A stretch of DNA of 64,000 nt. It comes from an uncultured Clostridia bacterium. GTDB lineage: Bacteria; Bacillota; Clostridia; Oscillospirales; Acutalibacteraceae. The stretch is taken from the NCBI GenBank assembly GCA_945948515.1, contig CAMFBH010000004.1, positions 7,308 through 71,307 of the forward strand, given 5' to 3'. Below are positions 38,777 to 47,379 of the stretch, piece after piece. The notes beneath the pieces were generated by a model that saw only the letters and a list, made by a program, of their open reading frames with translations, was not told the origin of the DNA and did not search any database. Numbering within the stretch: the stretch's first letter is position 1; each line of letters starts with the position of its first letter. The position numbers and the translations under genes are program-made.

Positions 38777-40090
38777 TTAGGCTCCCGTAATTCCGAGATA
38801 GGGATACGGGCTAACTCTTGAGCCGTTTAAACGAACTTCAAAATGGCAGTGAGGTCCTGTTGAACGGCCTGTGTTACCGCTTTTTGCAATAACGGTTCCC
38901 TTGGAAACGCTCTGACCCACCGAAACAAGAATACTTGAATTATGTGCATAAAGAGTAACAAGTCCGTTTCCGTGGCTGATCATAACGCAGTTACCGTAGC
39001 CACCCGATGTTGCTGTTGGCATACAGGCAATAACCTTGCCTGCCGCTGCCGCATAAACATTGCTTCCTACGGGACACGGGAAATCAACACCGCCATGGTA
39101 TCCGCCGCTGCGGTAATTGGGATATGTTCCCGAAATCTTAGTGTAGTCGGTAGGATAACGGAACTGACCCTTTCCTGTTGACGCACTGCTGTTTGAACCG
39201 GAATTGCTTTCACCGGCAGTGCTTTGATTGATGATTGACTGAATTGTTGATTCAATTCTGTCTATCTCTTCCTGGCTTTCGGCAATTGTTTCCATGCAAT
39301 CGTTTGTGGTGCTTGCAATTGAAGCAATAACCGCATTGCATTCCGCAACCTGAGCGCTGTATTCGCTCTTCTTGCTTTCAATTTGTGCAATATTGGCATC
39401 CAGCTTGCTCTTTTGGCCTACAAGCTCCTCTTTTTTGCTTACAAGCTCCTGCTTGTCCTTATTAAGCTCAATTCTCTTATCCTGAAGAGCCTGCTTAGAC
39501 TTTTCGATTTCCTCCATTTTTGTCATAAGGGAATCCAAGGTTTCACTATCCTGCTCGGAAACTGATTTAATCATTTCCGAACGGGTGAGCATTGAACTCA
39601 AATCCTCGCAGGTGAGAAGGATTTCAAGCGTTGTAACGCTTCCCGAGATATACATTGCTCTTAGTCTTTGGCAATAGAGCTCATATGTTGCATCAAACTC
39701 CGCCTGGAGCTGGTTTATCTTATTTTGAATTTCTTCAATCTTTCTTTCTGCCTCGTCTATCTTAGCCTGAACCTTATCAATCTTATCCTGATTAGTATTA
39801 ATCTGACCTCTGAGAACATCTGCATCGGCCTGAATAACATCTATTTCATCCTGGAGAAGATCAATTTTTTTACGAAGCTCTCCTGCATATTCTTCTTTGA
39901 GCTCCTTTTGCTCTTTAAGCTCGGCAATCTTTTTGTTTGCCGCATCTATTTTCTGCTGAATCTGCTTCTTTTCCGATTCAAGCTCCGAACGAGTTTTTGC
40001 GCTTGCTGCAAGAGGATTTACTACAACGCAGAAACATAGCATTATAGAAAGAAATGCGGAAAATAGCTTTTTTAGTTTATTAAATCGCAC
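38777..40090 (-). CDS. Secreted coiled-coil + M23 (LytM-type) metallopeptidase, paralog 2
   Basis: Same architecture as paralog 1: YHGGVD, GPHCHFE, and the shared central motif CQRLRAMYISG. The GTG start at 40090 overlaps the ftsX 3' end by 11 nt and is preceded by AAGGAAGG. Confidence 0.88.
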   Translation of the reverse strand: MRFNKLKKLFSAFLSIMLCFCVVVNPLAASAKTRSELESEKKQIQQKIDAANKKIAELKEQKELKEEYAGELRKKIDLLQDEIDVIQADADVLRGQINTNQDKIDKVQAKIDEAERKIEEIQNKINQLQAEFDATYELYCQRLRAMYISGSVTTLEILLTCEDLSSMLTRSEMIKSVSEQDSETLDSLMTKMEEIEKSKQALQDKRIELNKDKQELVSKKEELVGQKSKLDANIAQIESKKSEYSAQVAECNAVIASIASTTNDCMETIAESQEEIDRIESTIQSIINQSTAGESNSGSNSSASTGKGQFRYPTDYTKISGTYPNYRSGGYHGGVDFPCPVGSNVYAAAAGKVIACMPTATSGGYGNCVMISHGNGLVTLYAHNSSILVSVGQSVSKGTVIAKSGNTGRSTGPHCHFEVRLNGSRVSPYPYLGITGA

Positions 40091-41000
40091 TTATTTCACT
40101 GCCTTCCTTTGTTAAATATTTTCTCATTGTAATCAAGCTTCCGCCGACACCGCTTATTATTCCCACAAGAATAAATCCACCGAGCATCTGAAGCGCCAAA
40201 TCAGTGAACGGAACTGTTTTTAATCCTATTGAAGTGAACAAGTCAGAGAATTTGGCTATTGCAATCTCATAAATTCCCCAAACTGCCGCAAGAGAAATAA
40301 TTCCCGAGGTTATTCCGAGGATTATACCCTCAACTATAAACGGCAGCTGAACAAATCCGTTAGTTGCACCAACGCTCTTCATTATGCTGATTTCAAGGCG
40401 ACGTGAATAAACAGTGAGCCTGATTGTGTTTGCAATAATGAACATTGAAATTGCAAAAAGAACGGCGATAATTACAATTGCTATAACCGAAATACCCTGC
40501 CTTATTGCAACGAGCTTCTGTGCCAAATCCTTATTTTCTCTAACGCTGTAAACATTGTCAAGAGCATTGATTTCCTTAACGGTTTTATCAAACTGACCGA
40601 GGTCTTTTAATGTTACTTTATATGCATTCGGAAGAGGAATATCACTGCTAATCTGAGTAAAGAATTCCTTTTGAGCATCCTCCATTGAAGAAAGCTGCTC
40701 ATTCCATGCCTGCTCTTTGGAAACGAAAACGGTTTCTGAAATGTTTGGATTTGATTTAAGGCTTTCTCCCAAGGCGTTTACTCCCGCCTCGTCTGCCTCA
40801 TCCTTAATGAAAACCATTACAACATTTTCATCTTCAATTCTGCTCATGAGCGCATCAATATTTGCAAAAATCATAAGCGCGCTTCCGATAAGGATTAAAC
40901 AGCTCATAAGAACTGCGATTGAGGCAACGCTCATCATTCTGTTTACCCATGTGTTTCTGAAGCCTTCTTTGATAAGGTATCTTACACTTGACATATTCAT
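40080..41000 (-). CDS. ftsX: Cell-division ABC transporter permease-like protein FtsX
   Basis: N-terminus YLIKEGFRNTWVNRMMS, large extracellular loop, 3 C-terminal TM. 4-nt overlap with ftsE. Confidence 0.9.
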   Translation of the reverse strand: MNMSSVRYLIKEGFRNTWVNRMMSVASIAVLMSCLILIGSALMIFANIDALMSRIEDENVVMVFIKDEADEAGVNALGESLKSNPNISETVFVSKEQAWNEQLSSMEDAQKEFFTQISSDIPLPNAYKVTLKDLGQFDKTVKEINALDNVYSVRENKDLAQKLVAIRQGISVIAIVIIAVLFAISMFIIANTIRLTVYSRRLEISIMKSVGATNGFVQLPFIVEGIILGITSGIISLAAVWGIYEIAIAKFSDLFTSIGLKTVPFTDLALQMLGGFILVGIISGVGGSLITMRKYLTKEGSEISAI

Positions 41001-41905
41001 TCTGCGTCACCTCCCTCGGATTTTTCTTCAGGAGCGTTATTATTTGATTCTGACTCCTTTATGTCGTCACTGCGAGAGGATATATCGGTTGAAAGAATAT
41101 CTTCAACAACAACATCCTCAACATTATCGAATATTTTGATAAGCTCTTCGTTATCAACCTTGATATCCTCGTCAAAATAGAACATATCGGTTGATTTTTG
41201 AGGAGTTTCCGCATCGTCTTCAAACTGAGCGTGAGTCGGGTCCGGAGTGTCGGAAACAACCTCGCCGTTTTTGATAACAATAACTCTTCTCTGGAAACGC
41301 CTTACAAGCTCATGCTCATGCGTTACCATAACAACTGTTGTTCCGCTGTTATTGATTTTAGTCAGCAAATCAACAATTTCGCGGCTCATTTCCGGGTCAA
41401 TATTGCCCGTGGGCTCGTCCGCAACAATGAGCTTTGGATTGTTAACAAGAGCTCTTGCAAGCGAAACTCTCTGCTGCTCACCGCCCGAAAGCTCATTCGG
41501 CATTGAGCGAGCCTTCTGTGACAGACCTACAAGGCCTAAAATATAAGGAACTCTTTTTCTGATATCCTTTTCCTTTGCGCCGATAACTCTCATTGCAAAG
41601 GCAACATTGTCGTAAACACTCATTTTGGGAATAAGCCTAAAGTCCTGGAAAACTATTCCCATTGTTCTTCTGTAATAGGGAACCTCTTTTTTCTTCATTG
41701 TTGCCGACGAATAATCGTTAACGATTACTTCCCCCTCGGTCGGCTTTTCCTCGTGCATAATAAGCTTGAGGAAGGTACTTTTACCTGCGCCCGACGAACC
41801 TACTATAAAAACAAATTCGCCATTTTCAATCTTGATATTAACATTGTTGAGCGCTTTGGTACCGTTGGTTTTATAAACCTTCGACACATCCCTGAATTCA
41901 ATCAC
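40997..41905 (-). CDS. ftsE: Cell-division ATP-binding protein FtsE with about 80-aa acidic C-terminal extension
   Basis: IEFRDVSKVY, Walker A GSSGAGKST, LSGGEQQRVSLARAL, IVADEPTGNID. GTG at 41905 gives the canonical MIEF start; the listed TTG at 41920 is also possible. The tail from about aa 228 is rich in D/E/S. Confidence 0.92.
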   Translation of the reverse strand: MIEFRDVSKVYKTNGTKALNNVNIKIENGEFVFIVGSSGAGKSTFLKLIMHEEKPTEGEVIVNDYSSATMKKKEVPYYRRTMGIVFQDFRLIPKMSVYDNVAFAMRVIGAKEKDIRKRVPYILGLVGLSQKARSMPNELSGGEQQRVSLARALVNNPKLIVADEPTGNIDPEMSREIVDLLTKINNSGTTVVMVTHEHELVRRFQRRVIVIKNGEVVSDTPDPTHAQFEDDAETPQKSTDMFYFDEDIKVDNEELIKIFDNVEDVVVEDILSTDISSRSDDIKESESNNNAPEEKSEGGDAE

Positions 41906-41957
41906 GATAATACCCCGCAAATAATTAATTTATTGTTTTAAAAAAATTGATTTCAAT

Positions 41958-42009
41958 ATTTGTGCAGTCACACAAATAATATTCTACAATAAATTGCATT
42001 CTTTTTCAA
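41958..42009 (-). promoter_or_regulatory. Promoter candidate for the ftsE operon with adjacent inverted repeat
   Basis: On the minus strand: TTGAAA (42009-42004), 17-nt spacer, TAGAAT (41986-41981). A 7-bp inverted repeat ATTTGTG-N6-CACAAAT lies at 41958-41977, just downstream of the -10 box. Confidence 0.45.
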
Positions 42010-42092
42010 GTCAGTTTTGTTATCATTCTGTAAATTGTGTAACTTATTTGTAAACATTTTGCCCTGAAATCGTCTGTTTTTCCGCAATTTGA

Positions 42093-42128
42093 ATAAAAAA
42101 CAAAGAGGAAAAAAATTTTTTCCTCTTA
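42093..42128 (-). terminator. Intrinsic terminator after mrnC
   Basis: 10-bp stem AAGAGGAAAA / TTTTCCTCTT, followed on the minus strand by TGTTTTTTATT. Confidence 0.7.
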
Positions 42129-42154
42129 AGTTATAATATTACATTTATTGAAAT

Positions 42155-42553
42155 TTAATCCGTAATTTCGGCAAATAATTCCTTTAGGCGCTCAAAATCA
42201 TTGTTCAAATAAAGGAATCCGAACAGTGCCTCCAATCCTGTTGCACAATGATATTCGCCGCTTGTTGCACTTTTCGGAACATGACCTGTTTTTGCATTTC
42301 TGCCGCGTTTAAAAACCGAAAGCTCCTTTTCGCTCAGGAGGGGTTCGATTTTTTCAAACGCTTCTGTTTGAGCCTTTGCACTAACAAGCTTAACGCTCTC
42401 TCGGTGGAGGTCGTTAACAGGTCGGTTTGCTTTTTCCACAAGCATTTGGCGAACCATTATTTCATAAATACAATCGCCGATGAACGCAAGATTTAAAGGG
42501 CTTAATTCGGATGCGTTAATATTATCCTTGCATAAATTCACAACAATTCCCAT
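42155..42553 (-). CDS. mrnC: Mini-ribonuclease 3
   Basis: RNase III signature LAFIGDCIYE. 132 aa with no dsRBD. EALFGFLYL. Confidence 0.88.
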   Translation of the reverse strand: MGIVVNLCKDNINASELSPLNLAFIGDCIYEIMVRQMLVEKANRPVNDLHRESVKLVSAKAQTEAFEKIEPLLSEKELSVFKRGRNAKTGHVPKSATSGEYHCATGLEALFGFLYLNNDFERLKELFAEITD

Positions 42554-42689
42554 AGCCTTTCCGCTACAAACTTTTTAAAAATACCTACCGCCTTATTGTA
42601 GCCGTATAAGGCGTAATGAGAAATCAGCCAATTAAAAATTTTGAGGTCAATATATAATTCTTGGAAGAGTGACTTTTCTCTCTGTTACC

Positions 42690-43961
42690 TTACGGTATAT
42701 ATTCAAACTCAATATCATAGAGCGAAACCGTATCGCCCTCATTTATTCCGCGCTCGCGCAGAGCATCGAACACTCCGCTTTTTTCGAGCACTCTCTGCAT
42801 ATACTGAAGACTCTCGTAATCATTGTAGTCAACACCTTTAAGCACCTTTGGAAACCACGATGCTTCAACAAGGAAATACCCGGGCTCAAGCTCTGTAATT
42901 TTAAATCCGGTATCGTCCTTCATATAAGCCTCAAGCGGAATTTCCTCCGCCTCGTATTCCTTAATAGGCGGAAGAGTTGAAAGCTTGTTCCAAACGGCGT
43001 TCATAAGCTCCTTCGTTCCCTCTTGAATGGGAGCGCAGATTGAATAATAGGAATAGCCCTTTTCCTCAACATAGCTTTTAAAGCGCTCAATCTGTTCGGG
43101 CTCAGCCATATCTATTTTATTTCCGGCAACAATCTGCTCGCGCTTTGCAAGCTCCGGATTAAATTTTACGAGCTCCTCGTTAATGGTGTTGAAATCCTCA
43201 ATCGGATCTCTTCCCTCGCTTCCGGAAACATCAACAATGTGAACAAGAAGCCTGCACCTTTCAACATGGCGCAAAAAAGCGTGACCGAGACCGACTCCCT
43301 CGCTTGCTCCCTCAATAATACCCGGTATATCGGCAATAACAAACGAATTGCCCTCGCCCATGGAAACAACGCCGAGATTAGGAACAAGAGTTGTGAAATG
43401 ATAATCGGCAATTTTCGGCTTTGCCTGACTTACAACACTGATAAGGCTTGATTTTCCTACGCTTGGAAAACCGAGCAGACCGACATCTGCAAGAAGCTTT
43501 AATTCAAGAGTGATATCCCACTCCTCACCCGGCATTCCCGGCTTTGCAAATCTCGGCACCTGGCGTGTGGGGGTTGCAAAATGGGTATTTCCCCAACCGC
43601 CCTTACCGCCCTTTGCGGCAACAAATCTGTCTGTTTTACTCATATCCGCCATAACAGCCTTTGAATTTGCCTCGCGGATTAGCGTTCCTCGGGGAACTCG
43701 GATAATTAAATCCTCTCCCTTTTTACCGAACTGCCTTGCGCCTCTGCCGTTTTCTCCGTTTTTGGCAGCATATTTTCTTTTATATCTAAAGTCGGCAAGT
43801 GTTGCGAGATTATCATCTACAACAAAAACAATATCACCGCCCTTACCGCCGTCGCCTCCGTCGGGACCGCCTGCGGCAACATACTTTTCGCGGTGAAAGG
43901 CAATGGCTCCGTCGCCGCCCTTTCCTGCAACAATTTTTATATTTGCAATATCTACAAACAT
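42690..43961 (-). CDS. obg: GTPase Obg
   Basis: Gly-rich Obg fold (GGDGGKGGDIVF, GGKGGWGN), G-domain GFPSVGKSS / DIPG / NKID, C-terminal OCT domain. Confidence 0.96.
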   Translation of the reverse strand: MFVDIANIKIVAGKGGDGAIAFHREKYVAAGGPDGGDGGKGGDIVFVVDDNLATLADFRYKRKYAAKNGENGRGARQFGKKGEDLIIRVPRGTLIREANSKAVMADMSKTDRFVAAKGGKGGWGNTHFATPTRQVPRFAKPGMPGEEWDITLELKLLADVGLLGFPSVGKSSLISVVSQAKPKIADYHFTTLVPNLGVVSMGEGNSFVIADIPGIIEGASEGVGLGHAFLRHVERCRLLVHIVDVSGSEGRDPIEDFNTINEELVKFNPELAKREQIVAGNKIDMAEPEQIERFKSYVEEKGYSYYSICAPIQEGTKELMNAVWNKLSTLPPIKEYEAEEIPLEAYMKDDTGFKITELEPGYFLVEASWFPKVLKGVDYNDYESLQYMQRVLEKSGVFDALRERGINEGDTVSLYDIEFEYIP

Positions 43962-44030
43962 AAGAACACATCCTTAAATTTCTACAATAGATATTAGCAG
44001 AAAGTTAAAAAAAATGCAACACAAACACTT

Positions 44031-44067
44031 TTTCAAAAAAACAAACAGCAGGGAATCCCTGCTGCTT
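44031..44067 (-). terminator. Intrinsic terminator after the DUF3048 gene
   Basis: On the minus strand: CAGCAGGG-ATT-CCCTGCTG followed by TTTGTTTTTTT. Confidence 0.75.
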
Positions 44068-44073
44068 GCGAGT

Positions 44074-45402
44074 TTATTTAATTGTTGTTGTTCCGCCGTT
44101 GTTTGATGATGCAAGACCAATCCAGCTTCTGCCCTGATTGAGTTTAAGCTCATTGCCCTGCGCATCTTTTAGAACAAGCTTGTTATTATCTACACTCCAG
44201 CTAATGTCGGTAACTGTTCCGTTTGAAGCAAGCTTACCGCTTCCGCTTGTGTACTTATAGTTTAAATATGTTGTTCTTGAGCCCTTGTATGGAACTGTAA
44301 TATATTCCGAGGGAAGACTCAGAACTATAACATTTGTAAATGAAACATCTGTTTTGTAGCTTGCAGTGTTATGATAAAGAGAATCGCCGCTGTTATAAAC
44401 AAATGTTTTTGTTTCGGTTGCTCTTGATGAGAACTTGCAGGAAAGCTCTTCGCATTTTGTTTCGCCTACATTTGTTGCCTCATCATAGAAAGCAAGAGTT
44501 GAGGTTTTTGACTCATCAAGCTCTGTGCGATACTTTTTCTTTTCGATAGCTGCGGCAACATTTTTACCGTAAAGAACACCTCTGTGCTCACTTGAAACGC
44601 TTCTTGTTTTATCTCTTCCGAAGGCTGCTCCGCCGTTCATTCCGTCAAGATCGTTTACTCCGTCATTTTTAATTACGGAATATCCGCCGGTGTAATTACC
44701 GTTGTCGTGGCTTCCGCCCCAATGAATGAATACAGAATCAAAGAATTCCGAAAACTTAACATATGAGGGACGCGCACTTCTGATTGGTCCGATTTTTTCG
44801 GGAACAGCAGTATAATCTGCATAGAACCAAAGCATTCTTGAAATTCCGCCTTCAACCTCGCCCTCAACAATGATATCGGGGGTATCAATTCCCCACTGAG
44901 GTCTTGCTGCGGGAGAGTTTTCAACAACAACGCTGACAGGTCTTTTTCCGACTGCTTTTTCGTTGTAATCGGCTTTGCCCGTAAGGGGATTAACAACCTT
45001 GCTTACCGGTTCTGTTACTACATCGCTGACTGCCGGAGCAGGAGCCTCTGTTGAAGGCGCTTCCGGCTTTTTTTGCATTTTAGGGATAATTACCGCCAAC
45101 GCTACCGCAACGGCAACAAGAATTACGGCAATAACGGCTATTACTGCCGGCTTTTTACTTTTTTTGCTCATATCGTTTTCCTCAACCTCATTAAATCTAA
45201 CATTTTCTTCCTGCTCCTGTGCAGGCTCTTCAGGCTCAGCTTCCGGTTCGGACTCTTCGAGCTTCATTTCGGCTTCGGGCTCCTCGTTTTTCTGCTCGGG
45301 CTCGCTTGCCGGCTGCTCTTCGGGCTCTTTTTCCTCCTGTGCTTCACCGGTTCTGTTTTTTATTTCTTTTAAAATATCTTCAAGTTCATCGTCCTTGCCC
45401 AT
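44074..45402 (-). CDS. DUF3048 (YerB-like) domain protein with acidic N-terminal tail and single TM
   Basis: About 80 aa of E/P/Q-rich tail, TM AVIAVIAVILVAVAVALAVII, then a DUF3048-like core (RPVSVVVENSPAARPQWGI, GPIRSARPSY) recalled from memory. Confidence 0.8.
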   Translation of the reverse strand: MGKDDELEDILKEIKNRTGEAQEEKEPEEQPASEPEQKNEEPEAEMKLEESEPEAEPEEPAQEQEENVRFNEVEENDMSKKSKKPAVIAVIAVILVAVAVALAVIIPKMQKKPEAPSTEAPAPAVSDVVTEPVSKVVNPLTGKADYNEKAVGKRPVSVVVENSPAARPQWGIDTPDIIVEGEVEGGISRMLWFYADYTAVPEKIGPIRSARPSYVKFSEFFDSVFIHWGGSHDNGNYTGGYSVIKNDGVNDLDGMNGGAAFGRDKTRSVSSEHRGVLYGKNVAAAIEKKKYRTELDESKTSTLAFYDEATNVGETKCEELSCKFSSRATETKTFVYNSGDSLYHNTASYKTDVSFTNVIVLSLPSEYITVPYKGSRTTYLNYKYTSGSGKLASNGTVTDISWSVDNNKLVLKDAQGNELKLNQGRSWIGLASSNNGGTTTIK

Positions 45403-45577
45403 GGCAAATCTCCTTCCGACAAATATTACTTTTTTATTTTACCATATATTATTATCTTTTTCACTACTTTTTTACAAATTTTTTAATATTAAATTTGTTA
45501 CTTGAATTGAAACGGCTTATATAGTAAAATATATTAATAAATATTTTGAATTTTTCCGTAAAACAGGCGGTGAGCAA

Positions 45578-46201
45578 ATGGCAAAAGCAATTCCGATGAT
45601 TATTACAAACAACAATATACTTGTTAAGCATCCCGACAGTCATGAATTTTGCGTTTTTTCAATTCCGGGGCTTCACGAAACTCCGAATATTCCTTTTTAT
45701 CATCAGTATGCAAGTAAAATTGCACAAAGCCAAAGCATTTTTAAAAGCTTTTTAAAGGAAATGTACGGCAAGCATCTCGGAAAATATGTTCTTGCAATTA
45801 TTGTTCCCGACGACACGAGCAGACTTGAGCAGATTTTTATTAACGAGTTCTTTTTGAACAGCGGTGCATGTAAGGCGGTTGCACAAATGAAAATGTGCCA
45901 AGCTCTTTCAAAGGACGAGGCGGCATATATTTCAATTTCAAAAACAATGAGAAATGTTGTTTTGCAATATGTTAAAAGCAACGAAATCATTGCAAGCAAG
46001 TTTTACGATGCCTCGGATTATAGTATTGAAAAAATTCTTGAGGATTCAAAGCGAATTCACATTGATGTTGAATACAATAATCCTCCCGTTTATATTAATA
46101 ATTTTGAAATGAATCTTGATGATTTTTCCGAATTCGGAATTGCGATAACGCCAAAAGCATTTATGGAAAAAATAGCTTCTATTGACATTGAAAAAATTTA
46201 A
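45578..46201 (+). CDS. Hypothetical protein (no family recognised; faint actin/MreB-fold-like pattern)
   Basis: 207-aa ORF. GGTGAG RBS lies 5 nt upstream. A promoter-like TTGAAT-N17-TAAAAT lies upstream. Codon usage resembles the neighbouring genes. Confidence 0.6.
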   Translation: MAKAIPMIITNNNILVKHPDSHEFCVFSIPGLHETPNIPFYHQYASKIAQSQSIFKSFLKEMYGKHLGKYVLAIIVPDDTSRLEQIFINEFFLNSGACKAVAQMKMCQALSKDEAAYISISKTMRNVVLQYVKSNEIIASKFYDASDYSIEKILEDSKRIHIDVEYNNPPVYINNFEMNLDDFSEFGIAITPKAFMEKIASIDIEKI

Positions 46202-46255
46202 GATTACGGCATAAACAAATCACCTTTGCAAAAAATATTGCAGAGGTGATTTTTT

Positions 46256-46435
46256 ATGAAAAAAGATAAGAACAAAAAAGAGAAGAAAAACGAAAAGGAA
46301 GTTATTGACCTAACACAGTTTATTACTCCCGGCGAGGTTAAATCCGATGTTTTGGGAAGCTACACGGGAGTTCCCGACAGCACCTATTATGACGGAGAAT
46401 ACGAAATTCCTGTTCAGGATGCAGACGACCTTTAA
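46256..46435 (+). CDS. 59-aa hypothetical micro-protein (Lys-rich N-terminus, acidic C-terminus)
   Basis: Not in the ORF track. ATG at 46256 is preceded by AGAGGTGA. My translation is MKKDKNKKEKKNEKEVIDLTQFITPGEVKSDVLGSYTGVPDSTYYDGEYEIPVQDADDL*. The stop lies 5 nt before the corA GTG. Confidence 0.45.
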   Translation: MKKDKNKKEKKNEKEVIDLTQFITPGEVKSDVLGSYTGVPDSTYYDGEYEIPVQDADDL

Positions 46436-46440
46436 TAACC

Positions 46441-47376
46441 GTGATTTTCTTTTCTTTCAGCGACAGCAAAAAGGAAATTCCGCTCTCTGAGCTTTCAAAA
46501 GAAGGGGTGTTTGCCGGCTGTGCCTCTGTATATGAGCTTGAAAAAATCAAAGATACGATTGGCCTTTCCTCAAGAGCTTTTCGGCTAATTTGCGAATTTG
46601 AGACTTCTCATAAATGCTCTGTTGAAATTTTTGAGGACTGCACAGTATGCATGCTCAAAAGTGCGGATTTGTACAAAAAGAGCGAAAAGCAAAACTGCTT
46701 TTCGCTCATAATTAAAAACAACCTTATTTTGCTTGTTCCTGTTCGCGACGATGACGATGATATTTACAGCCGATTTTTAAAGGCTCTTGATACCTTTGCT
46801 CCTAAATCCGTTACGGCAGAAAAACTCATTTTTGCCTTTCTCGGAAGACTTACCGACGGCTATTCATCAACAATTGAAGAAGCCGGAATAAGAATAAGCA
46901 AGCTTGAAGAATATGTTATAAAGGATATGGCGGGAAAGGATTTCAACCTCAATCTTCATTATATGAAAAAGGAAATCCTTCTTTTAATGAATTACCTTGA
47001 ACAGCTACGCGGAGTTGCACAGTCTCTCGAGGAGAATTCAAATGAAATTCTCAGCGGAGATTTGCGCTATCTTTCGTTTTTCCGCGAGAAGATTAAAGGG
47101 CTTTGCGACAGCGTAAAAACACTGTTGAGCACTTTAAATCAGCTTTCCGACGCTTTTGATTCAAGCCTTAATTACAAGCTCAACAACACAATGAAGCTGT
47201 TCACCGTTATTTCGGCTGTTTTCTATCCTCTGACACTAATAACAAGCTGGTACGGAATGAATTTCAAAAATATGCCCGAGCTGAATTCACGCTTCGGCTA
47301 TCCTTTTGTTGCTGTTTTATGCCTGTTTATTGCTATTGTTCTATTTGCCTTTTTCAAACGAAAAAAGTGGCTTTGA
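46441..47376 (+). CDS. corA: CorA-family magnesium/cobalt transporter
   Basis: Signature YGMNF (WYGMNFKNMPEL) before the last TM, two C-terminal TM helices. GTG start with no obvious SD. Confidence 0.88.
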   Translation: MIFFSFSDSKKEIPLSELSKEGVFAGCASVYELEKIKDTIGLSSRAFRLICEFETSHKCSVEIFEDCTVCMLKSADLYKKSEKQNCFSLIIKNNLILLVPVRDDDDDIYSRFLKALDTFAPKSVTAEKLIFAFLGRLTDGYSSTIEEAGIRISKLEEYVIKDMAGKDFNLNLHYMKKEILLLMNYLEQLRGVAQSLEENSNEILSGDLRYLSFFREKIKGLCDSVKTLLSTLNQLSDAFDSSLNYKLNNTMKLFTVISAVFYPLTLITSWYGMNFKNMPELNSRFGYPFVAVLCLFIAIVLFAFFKRKKWL

Positions 47377-47379
47377 GCA

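Noticed and set aside
42554-42689. Hairpin CGCCTTA-N11-TAAGGCG between obg and mrnC, considered as a terminator or small RNA
   Set aside because: It has only a 7-bp stem, with a weak and interrupted U-tract on the minus strand. It is more likely a partial attenuator or a processing site within an obg-mrnC transcript. The evidence is not enough to annotate it.
44975-45524. Three long plus-strand ORFs (176, 99 and 101 aa) rich in Ser/Gly/Ala/Phe/Leu
   Set aside because: They are antisense to the Glu/Pro-rich codon repeats of the N-terminal tail of the DUF3048 gene. Low-complexity GA-rich coding sequence generates open antisense frames. They have no RBS or motifs.
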